DNA of 52,290 bases, filler included, from Ylistrum balloti (lineage: Eukaryota), in assembly GCF_031769215.1 (NCBI RefSeq). It is 2 parts of 2 records of this genome, joined end to end, with 100 filler letters (N's around TTAATTAATTAA, not from the genome) between each part and the next. Parts side by side here need not be neighbours in the genome. Positions count along the whole stretch, not along the records: positions 1 to 29,277 come from NW_026781947.1; 1 more part is not named here. One strand, 5' to 3'. Below, in pieces: positions 12,501 through 21,412 of this stretch (positions within the stretch are counted from its first letter, which is position 1; each line of letters starts with the position of its first letter). The position numbers and the translations under genes were made by a program. A model generated the notes under the pieces. That model saw only the letters and a program-made list of their open reading frames with translations, ran no database searches and was not told the origin of the DNA.

Positions 12501-14299
12501 GAAGCAAAGTTAGAAAATCCAGAAAATATGAGGTCTACAAATTTAAGAAAACATGTTGCAACACTTTCGCAAGTTGTTAACTTGAGGGACAATGAACTAG
12601 ACATTTTAGCTCAGTTCCTTGGACACGATGTGAAGGTCCATAGAAATTTGTATCGTCTCCCTGAGGATACTATTCAAATTGCTAAAGTGGGAAAATTACT
12701 TATGGCAGCAAACAAAGGAACATTGGGAAAGTTTTCTGGAAAGTCTTTAGATATTAGCATTGACCAAGAAGGTAAAAATAAATAAGACATATAATTATAG
12801 TGTATCATTGAGTTCTTTAATAGGTTTATTACGGTGGTAATGATGCTTTTAGAATTTTTATATATCATGTTCTGTACTCAAAAAGTTCAAACTGCTTTCA
12901 TGAAAGGTCACATTGATAATATCTTTTGGCATCTGCCATGACCAATGTAGTTAGTAAGGATATCTAATATTGTTTCAATAGTTTCATTACAGAAACAGTT
13001 GGTATTTCATTCTTATGTTAAATAGTTATTTTGAATACAATTGTACAATTAAATCATTTAATTTGTCCTTGTTACAGTGTCTGATGAATCCGAATCTGAG
13101 GATGAAACTACACAGTCTACAGAAGTCAGAGATCAAGGTAAATAACATGCATGAATTGAAATACAGTGGACCCACGATAATCCAAACGCCTAAAATCCGG
13201 AAAACTCACAATCCAGACAAAATGTTTGGGAACAGATTTCTTTAATGTTATTTGTACATAAATTCGGCAGTCCGGAAAACTCGTAATCCGGACGATTTAG
13301 GCTGGAAATGAAAGCGTCTGGATTTTCGAGGGTCCACTGTAAATGCCATGTTGTAGATCTTTTATGTCTTGGCCAGTTGGCAGAACCTGTCTTCATCTCG
13401 TGACTTTGGCAGAATATACCTGTGAATGAGCTTTTAGTAAATGTATTGTAGGAAAGCCTTCAAACATCAGTAAAGATGTAAATGTCCCATCATTTTTTCC
13501 CCGCAGATGATGCAGATCAAGATAATGAGAAAGCAGGAAAGAGAAATAGCAGAAAATCTCTCCACAGTACAGAAGCCACTTGCATGACACAGAAACCAGG
13601 TATTTTTTTATGTTTATACATCATATAGAATAAAATAGGGTGGTCGGGTGGTGCAGTGGATAGCGCACTTGCCTTTCACCAAGGCGGCCGGGGTTCGATT
13701 CCCCGATCGGACGTGAAAAGGTATGGGGTCACCTGCCCGACCACGTGGGTTTCCTCCGGGTTCTCTGGTTTCCTTCCACACAAAGACCCCTCGCGCGCTA
13801 ACACCTGGGCCAACAAGAGTGATTAATATAAGTTGTATAACTTGTTTCATAATTGTTGTAAAATAAATAAAGTTTATAGTTTATAGAATAAATGATTGTC
13901 ACAGTAAAATATAACTTGTGTATCTGTATATCATATTATATCTGGACCATAAGTGTCTGTGGTACATACATGTAATTGGATTTAAAGATAGAAGTAACAA
14001 AAAAAGTTTGTAATTTATACTGAAAAGGGTTTTAAGAGCAGTTCACAAAATAATCCTGTATAGTTTATCTTGTTTCTTTAATAGGAAGTAGGAGAACTGT
14101 AAAGAGAATACCATGGACAGAAGAAGAGAGAAGTGCTGTTAAATCAGAAATGGAGCATTTTCTTCATATCAGGAAAACTCCAGGAAAACTGGACTGTGAC
14201 AACTGTTTACGCAAATATCAATGTCTGAGTAGAAGAAATTGGAAAAACATCAAAAACTTTGTCTACAATTGCATTCAAAGTTTAAAGAAATGTCATTAA
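501..14299 (+). CDS. Multi-exon gene: SET-domain lysine methyltransferase fused to tyrosine recombinase plus C-terminal Myb/SANT-like domain (Crypton-like transposase)
   Basis: Manual splice model: join(501-536,2455-2521,3001-3142,5597-5967,6292-6585,6920-7104,7594-7699,7913-8021,10964-12771,13078-13137,13507-13599,14085-14299). All introns are GT-AG with matching phases (0,1,2,1,1,0,1,2,1,1,1). The total is 3486 nt = 1162 codons, with one in-frame TAA at 7921-7923. An alternative path (skip 7594-7699, use 7913-8025) is fully open at 3384 nt. The protein starts MPLTKRLRSLTE-KKSNGPKTRPLDDFIIVNIPKK-GKGVLAKK and ends NIKNFVYNCIQSLKKCH*. Exons 7-8 are the least certain. Confidence 0.82.
1654..2355. 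mobile_element. hAT-like MITE in intron 1
   Basis: TIRs TAAGGCTGTCA / TGACAGCCCTA, with 8-bp TSD ATTTTTTT at 1646-1653 and 2356-2363. Confidence 0.7.
3001..5775 (+). CDS. SET domain (exon 3001-3142 plus 5' part of exon 5597-5967)
   Basis: Spliced translation GKGVLAKKYIPKGDTVLEYCG...YIFECVFKGKQYW/LAATHDDGSLGRLINDDRKPNLKPKMVPICGEPHIFFYAIRDIHPREELLYCYGNGPYPWR. It contains SET motifs GxG, EYxG, GRLIN and ELLYxYG, and resembles the KMT5A/SETD8 type. Confidence 0.9.
4247..4715. mobile_element. MITE with 15-bp TIRs and 5-bp TSD
   Basis: TIRs CAGAGTTTTTGCCAG / CTGGCAAAAACCCTG (1 mismatch), with CCAAT at 4242-4246 and 4716-4720. Confidence 0.7.
5853..7050 (+). repeat. Tandem ~620-bp duplication of an exon-intron-exon block
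   Basis: 5853-6470 is highly similar to 6471-~7050 (GAAACTGATG...CCAGATACTGAC.TTTGTAAGT...CACAGGAGGAGGATGAAAATAGG...TTTTCAGTAACTACACAC). Confidence 0.9.
8119..8531 (+). mobile_element. Non-autonomous Helentron-like (HINE/DINE-1-type) element
   Basis: It starts in a T run. Subterminal IR TGTCGCCTGC (8125-8134) pairs with GCAGGCGACA (8498-8507). It has a 5' local palindrome and ends in CTTGT. Confidence 0.6.
8712..9255 (+). mobile_element. Non-autonomous Helentron-like (HINE) element
   Basis: TTTTTAGCTCACCTGG at the start, CCAGGTGAGC at 9221-9230, and a 3' end GGGCCTCTTGT. Confidence 0.65.
9479..10456 (+). mobile_element. Helentron-like (HINE) element, possibly composite
   Basis: TTTTTATATCTCTGCA at the start, TGCAGGGGTT near the end, and a 3' CTAGTT. 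The internal sequence is of the same style as 8712-9255. Confidence 0.45.
10964..12771 (+). CDS. Large exon: Zn-finger-like motifs plus tyrosine recombinase (lambda integrase fold) catalytic domain
   Basis: ORF 11013-12785 extends 5' to the acceptor at 10962-63 and ends at the donor at 12772. It has CLYC..RHLETQH and CRHC..RHVSKC motifs. YR motifs are NRRRSGEV (R), RGKRGRK (K), STNLRKH (HxxR-equivalent), LGHD (H) and VHRNLY (catalytic Y at 12651-12653). Confidence 0.92.
13164..13339. mobile_element. Tc1/mariner-type MITE
   Basis: TIRs CAGTGGACCC / GGGTCCACTG, flanked by TA on both sides. Confidence 0.8.
13635..13881 (+). mobile_element. tRNA-derived SINE
   Basis: A box TGGTGCAGTGG (13649-13659), B box GGTTCGATTCC (13692-13702), central CACGTGGGTTTCCTCCGGG core and AT-rich tail. 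11-bp TSD TATAGAATAAA at 13624-13634 and 13882-13892. Confidence 0.85.
14085..14299 (+). CDS. Terminal exon, Myb/SANT-like helical domain
   Basis: After acceptor TTTAATAG it reads GSRRTVKRIPWTEEERSAVKSEMEHFLHIRKTPGKLDCDNCLRKYQCLSRRNWKNIKNFVYNCIQSLKKCH*. W-T-x-E-E and R-x-W patterns are Myb-like. It is absent from the ORF track. A candidate AATAAA lies at 14839-14844. Confidence 0.75.
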
Positions 14300-15286
14300 A
14301 TGATGTCTAAGTAGGCAATATAGACATAAAAAGAAAAGCAATTTCAAGTTACATGTTGGAAAATATAAATGAGATTCATTGCAATTAAAATGAAATTTTG
14401 TAAGAATTTTTGAATATTCTTTTTATTGAAGTTTTATCATGATAATAATTGTAAGGTAGAGATTGCATGATGGATTGATAAAGGATAATTGTTGTTTTGG
14501 CAGACTCAATTCGGTCAAGGGGATTTATAAATGAAATTTAGAAGATGCATTATTTAGTGTTAAGATGAAATACCATTTTGTTGATATTTACCTTCTACAC
14601 TAGTTGCATTAAAAATATTTGTAATGGAATGAAATTTGAGAAGAAAACTGTATATTTCATGCTTTGTCATCCTTTACATATTGCAGTGTACAAGTTTGAC
14701 TGTGATCAAACTTACTGGTAATGATTATTCTTGTTCTCTATAACATTACTGTATCAGATACGTCACTTTTTTTTTATTTTAAAAGTGGCAGAAGGTCACA
14801 CAATGTGTTAAATTCTGTTCATTGATGCTTAATGCAGGAATAAAGTTCACTTATATTGAACATTTCATTTGCATGTTTTATTCCTCATGTATTTTTTTAA
14901 GCTATTGAGTAAACAAGTAATCATTGATAGTTTGATTGAAAAAAAAAATGACTTTGGCGTTACTTTACATTGCCAAATAAATTCAAACTGAGGTAAAATT
15001 TGATTACTTTGTATTGCACAAGGGTCTAAACACAAGACATGCATTGTCATGGCAAATGAAATGTCAGACGTAGTGTTTCACCTTTTGTTGCTGAGATATA
15101 AAGTTGTTATTCAATGACAGTTTAAAAAATGCTTTTGGAATCCACTTTAGAATAGAAATTATGTTGGATCATAATGACTTTTGTTTTTGTTGTCCTAATA
15201 ATGAGACGGATTCAATTTACGGAAATAATTTCATTTTTCCCCCAATTTTTGACATGTTTTGTTCTTATCTTTGTCAGATGGTAATA

Positions 15287-15463
15287 CAGTGTAACTTGTC
15301 TAAACCGGCCCCTGTGTAATCCGGATCTCTCTGTATTCCAGCCAAAATGTTTGGTCCCAGCACTGGAAAATGTAAGCAATGTTGACCTCTACGAACCGGA
15401 CACCTGGGTAAACCGGCCAAAAAGTTTGGTCCTGGTGACATCCGGTTTAGACAAGTTACATTG
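15287..15463. mobile_element. Tc1/mariner (pogo-like) MITE
   Basis: 22-bp TIRs CAGTGTAACTTGTCTAAACCGG / CCGGTTTAGACAAGTTACATTG, flanked by TA on both sides. Confidence 0.85.
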
Positions 15464-15559
15464 TATATTGCATCTGTTTGTGGTGCTTGTGTTCGATTTG
15501 AAAGAAATAATAAAAAATAAACCTCAATGATTTATCTCGCCTTTTGTGTTACTTAATAC

Positions 15560-16027
15560 AATATTGCCCCTAGGGGCTGATAACAGGGACAAAGGATCAA
15601 ACCGAATGAAAGATTGAATTTACTATTTGATATCTTTTCACTGATAAACATTTGATTATAACATGGAGCAAAGTTGGTGAGAACTAAACTTGGAGCCAAT
15701 TTACCAAAGGTCAATGTCACTGGGGGAAAGGTCAAGGTCAAATGTGGTATCTAGTCACTGATAAATGTTTTGTTTTCACATGATGAAGCAAAATTGACTG
15801 GAATCAAACGAGAAGTAAAATGACAAAAGGTCAAAGTCACTGGGCAAAGGTAAGAAAAAATCCGCCCCTGGTCGCTGGGTTAGAGCAGAGACCTATATCA
15901 CCATGGTTATATAACTAGGTCTCTGGTTAGAAGCCTGTTTGATATCTCTTATTATGAAAACAAAATATCAGTTATATGTATAAATACATCAGAACTCAGG
16001 TGACCATTAAGGCCCATGGACCTCTTC
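15560..16027 (+). mobile_element. Degraded Helentron-like (HINE) fragment
   Basis: Repeated AAAGGTCAAGGTCA motifs as in 8119-8531, and a 3' end TCAGGTGACCATTAAGGCCCATGGACCTCTT resembling the end of 8712-9255. The start is approximate. Confidence 0.45.
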
Positions 16028-16216
16028 TATATAGTAAAAGAATTATGAACTTTTTACTTTGTCAAAATGCTGTTCTATTTGCTAGAAGAAAACATTAACA
16101 AAGGCGATTGACTGCATAGAAAACGGATATTAACCGATGTATCTTTTTCTATGGATAGTCAATATGAACGTATTAGCCAAGTAATACATATATATGTATA
16201 GGACATGTATGTACAG

Positions 16217-16680
16217 TCACGTCCTCTTTTTGGAGGTTACACACGTCCTCTCTTTGGAGGTGTCTGACGTCCTCTGTATGTTCACACACGTCCTCTGTAT
16301 GTACACACACGTCCTCTGTATGTTCACACACGTCCTCTTTTTGGAGGTTACACACGTCCTCTCTTTGGAGGTGTCTGACGTCCTCTGTATGTTCACACAC
16401 GTCCTCTGTATGTTCACACACGTCCTCTGTATGTTCACACACGTCCTCTCTTTGGAGGTATCTGACGTCCTCTGTATGTTCACACACGTCCTCTGTATGT
16501 ACACACACGTCCTCTCTTTGGAGGTAACACACGTCCTCTGTATGTAAACACACGTCCTCTGTATGTAAACACACGTCCTTTGTATGTACACACACGCGTC
16601 CTCCGTATGTACACACACGCGTCCTCGTTTTGTATCTAAGACACATTTGTCCTCCCTTTGTCGCAAATGTCCTCTCTTTT
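16217..16680. repeat. Composite 21/24-bp minisatellite with constant ACGTCCTCT core
   Basis: 21 GTCCT sites from 16221 to 16669, with spacings 24,24,21,21,21,24,24,21,21,21,24,21,21,24,21,21,23,23,28,20. There are two unit types: ACGTCCTCTGTATGTTCACAC and ACGTCCTCTYTTTGGAGGT(TACAC/GTCTG). Confidence 0.95.
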
Positions 16681-16846
16681 CATTCATTTTCAAATGATAA
16701 TAACGAAGCATTTAAATTACTTAGGTTAAATGAAAATTACGTGGTGAGTATACCTTCCAAGCCCGTTGTTTGCAGTCATTAATTACTGTGATAATACCAT
16801 TATATGTGAGTGCCCTTGGTTTACCTTTGGGAGCCAGGTCCTGACT

Positions 16847-17012
16847 NNNNNNNNNNNNNNNNNNNNNNNNNNNNNNNNNNNNNNNNNNNNNNNNNNNNNN
16901 NNNNNNNNNNNNNNNNNNNNNNNNNNNNNNNNNNNNNNNNNNNNNNNNNNNNNNNNNNNNNNNNNNNNNNNNNNNNNNNNNNNNNNNNNNNNNNNNNNNN
17001 NNNNNNNNNNNN
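16847..17012. other. Assembly gap (N run)
   Basis: Run of N. Confidence 1.
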
Positions 17013-19410
17013 TATCCCCATTGTCTTTACTTGGAATACCAAGGACAACTCCATCGCTCCTACCTCTATTTCCGACGATACGTCTCCACGACGCAGTTCA
17101 AGGACAAAACAGATACACCAGACATCTTTAATAACAACAAAAAAAAGTTTGCTAATGAATATTTACTCTGCTGGTCAATAGTCTGGAATTATTCAGACAT
17201 AGACAAGTGGTCATTATTGGTCACCAGCTCTGATCTGACCAGCTAATACATACCCCAACAAAACCCTTCTTGCCTGTAATGATTACGAAGGATTTCACAC
17301 ATGCCAGATATAAAATTTACAGATTCACACAGTTTGTGTATGAATTATATATAATATAAAGAGTCTGTAACATTGATACTGTAACGACAGACGTGTTTAG
17401 ACTATGTACATATCTTAGTAATTAAAAAACTCTCCGAAAAATAACTTTAATATGATGTATAATAGATTGGATCTATACACATTTTTAACCACAAACATTT
17501 TTGTCCATGAAAAATGACACAAATAACTTTGACTTTTCTATCAATTGCATTGCATTTTTCTCCGTTGCTTCACAATTAAGGCCCTTAGCATAACTGACGA
17601 GCCATTACCAAACAAATGTATGATGCAGGTTAAATAATTTGGCTCTGCCGTATTTAGCTCTAAATTTCTAGTTAAGAGCGTTATTCACTTGTTCATCTTT
17701 TGTACAATCTTCAAATCATCCATCTGGAGTTATGTACCTTGTGACATTATCAGATATGTGAAAAAAAATTAACGGAAGTATGGGGCTAGTGCACCTTCCA
17801 ATATAAATTTCAACATTCTTTTCGCTTAATTTTAGTTTTCCCCATAGGTCGCCCCCAGGGTTTCAAACTCAAGCCCCTAAACATCACTAACGAGTTCTTG
17901 AAGACGAAACAGCAGTATGAGGCAGTTTATTTCATTAACTGGCACTTCTGTATTCTTAATTTGTGTATTTTCTGCATTCTTTAACTTGTAAATACGTGTA
18001 CATGTATATCTAAGAAAAGAAAACAACACATCAGCTATATATGGTTATCCTTCCCAGTCTAGCTGCTGTTTTTTGGATGTAATTTCCGAATAACGGTGCC
18101 ATGTGTTTAGTTGACAGGAGTTATTGCATAGAAAGTTGTCTTCTAAAACAAATATGATAAATCGATAACTGTTAGGGGCCATATGTCCGTACTACCCTGT
18201 CGGTCTCGTGAAGACTTACCTGATGTATACATATGTATCAGATAACAGCAGCCACAGCTATACACCTGTGACTTCAGAAAACTAATTGTGTCTGGTTGTC
18301 TGATAGTGCTCTGAAAAGGTATTCATGTTCCCCCCAGGCGATCGGGGTGTGATTCTTCGCGATGACAATGTCCCCTTTCCGAACGTTTTGGTTTTCATCG
18401 GACACTCCGGTTTCCTTCCGTTCATAGTAAACATCTTCTGCACTTCCATTTGAACCAATGATTTTTATTACCAGCTTATACCATGCAGTTTCGCCATTGC
18501 TGTACAGTGTTTGCACCTGACATGACACACTGATGAGCTGTTATCCAATAATCGAGGTCATCATCAAATCTAGAATGAACACAATCGGTAAGACAGTGTT
18601 CCTTACAAGCATTTCACCAGCTCTAGTTACATATAAACTGTTTTCCAAATTCAATATGGCCGTCTTTTTGTTTGCTGGGTTTGTCCTCCTGTGAACAGCA
18701 AAGACCACTTTGAGGCGACATTTCCCTGTAGAAGCCGGCTTCCCAATTTAACAACACAAAGAAGTTTAACTACATCTCGCCTACGGACTCCACCACCTTA
18801 GCACAGACCGGTCCGTTTTTTCATCTTCCCGGGAAACACAAACCCCCAACGGGTAGGTAGCGTCAAGAACTACGCACCAGAGATGACGGAGGCATACATT
18901 TTGCGTTTTAACCAACTGCGGTATCGCAGCCCCATTCAATTTGTTGTGACAAGGAGAATTATTATATTTTGAAATATTTCAGAAAGGGGCAAATATTCAG
19001 GGATCTCCCCTGGCAGTGTTTAACCAATAGTCATTTAACATTTTGATCGTTTTATCTGCTCTAAATGTGGCAAATGTAATTTGGGTCTTCATTGCTGAGG
19101 AACACAATATCATAACTATTCATATATTGTTTGAAAAATGTTCAGGTAAACTCTGGTTAACTTCAACAAACATTTCAAAACACCGAGCATTACTGTGGCT
19201 TCTAAGCGATCGACTATTGGTCTCAAGGCTACGATTCTATAACAGTTCCTTAATTTATGCTTGATCACAACTCTATCTCCCACATCCGTGGCAATCTATA
19301 CATTTGTATAATGACAGTGGAATACTTGTATGTTATATGTTATCTATATATGTTTTCCCCTGCAATTTATGCATTAATCATTAACTGCAGTGTGACACAT
19401 GAACTAATCC

Positions 19411-19850
19411 TGTACCCAGAATCATGTCTCTCTGTCTGTACTCGGAACTCAACGTATGAATTTAGTACCCTGAATCACGTTTCTCTGTCTGTACTCGGAA
19501 CTCAACGTATGAATTTAGTACCCTGAATCACGTTTCTCTGTCTGTACTCGGAACTCAACGTATGAATTTAGTACCCTGAATCACGTTTCTCTGTCTGTAC
19601 TCGGAACTCAACGTATGAATTTAGTACCCTGAATCATGTCTCTCTGTCTGTACTCGGAACTCAAGGTATGAATTTAGTACCCTGAATCACGTTTCTCTGT
19701 CTGTACTCGGAACTCAACGTATGAATTTAGTACCCTGAATCACGTTTCTCTGTCTGTACTCGGAACTCAACGTATGAATCTAGTACCCTGAATCACGTTT
19801 CCCTGTCTGTACTCGGAACTCTAGGTATGAATTTAGTACTCTGAATCATG
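19411..19850. repeat. 53-bp minisatellite, ~8 copies
   Basis: Unit TGAATCACGTTTCTCTGTCTGTACTCGGAACTCAACGTATGAATTTAGTACCC, with copies starting at 19471, 19524 and onward. Confidence 0.95.
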
Positions 19851-21256
19851 CCTTATTTAATAATTTTTAACTTAAACAAAGCAAGGCTTGAGCACAAAAT
19901 TCATGCTTGAGCATGAGAACGGTTTCATGAATACGGGCCCTGGTCTTATTCTCCATTCTCCTTTCTTTTGGTCATATTTTTAACATAATTATATTGAATT
20001 CGAGTTAGGATTATAATTATGCTGACATGTTGGTACATGTAACTTGACCGACACATAACCATTTGAAGGACAAATTAATCTGTGGTGTAGTTTTGTATCT
20101 CAGAATGATGTACCGATAGCGCAATGGCTATTTTTGCATAGAGTCTGTTTGTATGCATTTGTCTGCCTGGAGTAGATGCATTTGTTTGGGTTTCCACTGG
20201 TGATGATACCACTGTAATTTGTCTGTGGTTCCGTGAGATAATCAAACCTTTGATTCCCCCAGACATTTTCGTCGATTGTCTCCCTATCATTGCCACTAAT
20301 GGTCAATGCGCAATCTCTTTAATCTTACACGAGTGTTATTTTTGGAATAATGCTACCGTTGTAATTCCGTTTCTGTTATTTTACGATAATCTAGCAGAAA
20401 TCTATAATGAATTGATTCCATCACTGGTGACAAGACTCCCGAACCCGTGGCAGGATTTTACGACGAGATGACATCCGTTCAATTCGGTCCAGACAGGTAG
20501 AGCAACATCAGATATAACAGACAAGTGTGTATCTCAGAGAGCAAGTCACACGCGGACGCCGCTTTGTGTATAAATAAACTGTACACATGTTTATATACAT
20601 ACGACATAAAATACAAACATATTGAAGTCTTGTGTAGAAGTGATAAACCTGGAGCCGGCAAATCAATCTCTGGGATTCTAGCAAAGTAACAATAGAGACT
20701 TCGATTGTATATTAAATTTAAAGCTTGCAGCAATACGTAGGCTTCAACGAAACATTAGACTATGAACAGAGTGTAGTCGTCCACAGTACATTCGGCTAAA
20801 GTCAATGAAGGTATGTATATAAATGATACAAATTGGGCTATTGGAAGAATGCTGTATAATTCACCTATCTCGACAACTTTCCATCTGATTTTCTTCAGGG
20901 TGAATTATAAGTGTGATGAATTCAAATTCCCTTTTGTGAACTTTCCATTTCTGGATAGCAAGATGCTTTTCTTTACTTTGTTCTAATTTCAGAACGTGAC
21001 ATTACTTACATGAATTCACTTAGCTTTATAGGACAGGAGTCGTAGATGAAGTGAAAGACGTTAACCCTCTTGGAACATGATTTTTTCATCATTGATATTT
21101 TCACAGGAAGAAAAGGGCGTTAGGGTTTGGACAATAGAGTGTTCAAGAGCACACTTTGGCTTTGGAATTCGTATAAAACACGTCAGGTCAGGTCAATACC
21201 GCCCTCTTTATTCTATTTTTAGTCATTATGGTATCCTGAAGTCATATTCCCATAGT

Positions 21257-21412
21257 CCGACCTTGTACAATATCAGCTGACAGTCCGACCTTGTACATTA
21301 TCAGGGGCTGACAGTCTTACCTCCGACAATATTAGGAGCTGACAGTCTGACCTCTGACAATATCAGGAGCTGACAGTCTGACCTCCGACAATATCAGGAG
21401 CTGACCTCTGAC
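21257..21412. repeat. ~31-bp minisatellite, ~5 copies
   Basis: Unit ACAATATCAGGAGCTGACAGTCTGACCTCCG. Confidence 0.9.

Larger units (their letters stand above)
1..16680 (+). mobile_element. Putative Crypton-like tyrosine-recombinase DNA transposon (left end probably lies at or beyond the window start)
   Basis: An intron-containing YR gene is bracketed by related motif clusters. AAAGGGAGGACA at 47-58 is the exact inverse of TGTCCTCCCTTT at 16648-16659. GTCCTCTCTTTT occurs at both 67-78 and 16669-16680. The true termini and target duplication are not visible. Confidence 0.55.

Noticed and set aside
13635-13710. tRNA gene
   Set aside because: A and B boxes are present, but there is no acceptor stem or terminator. 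It continues into a SINE body and tail and has a TSD.
16173-16711. ORFs 16173-16646, 16194-16547 and 16217-16711, and a CRISPR-like appearance of the array
   Set aside because: The ORFs are open only because units are multiples of 3. The variable parts fall into two recurring types rather than unique spacers, there are no cas genes, and the context is eukaryotic.
16766-17181. ORFs spanning X runs
   Set aside because: They are artefacts of the N gap.
20075-20471. Overlapping short ORFs on both strands
   Set aside because: There are no recognisable motifs or consistent splice signals, and the lengths are within chance expectation.
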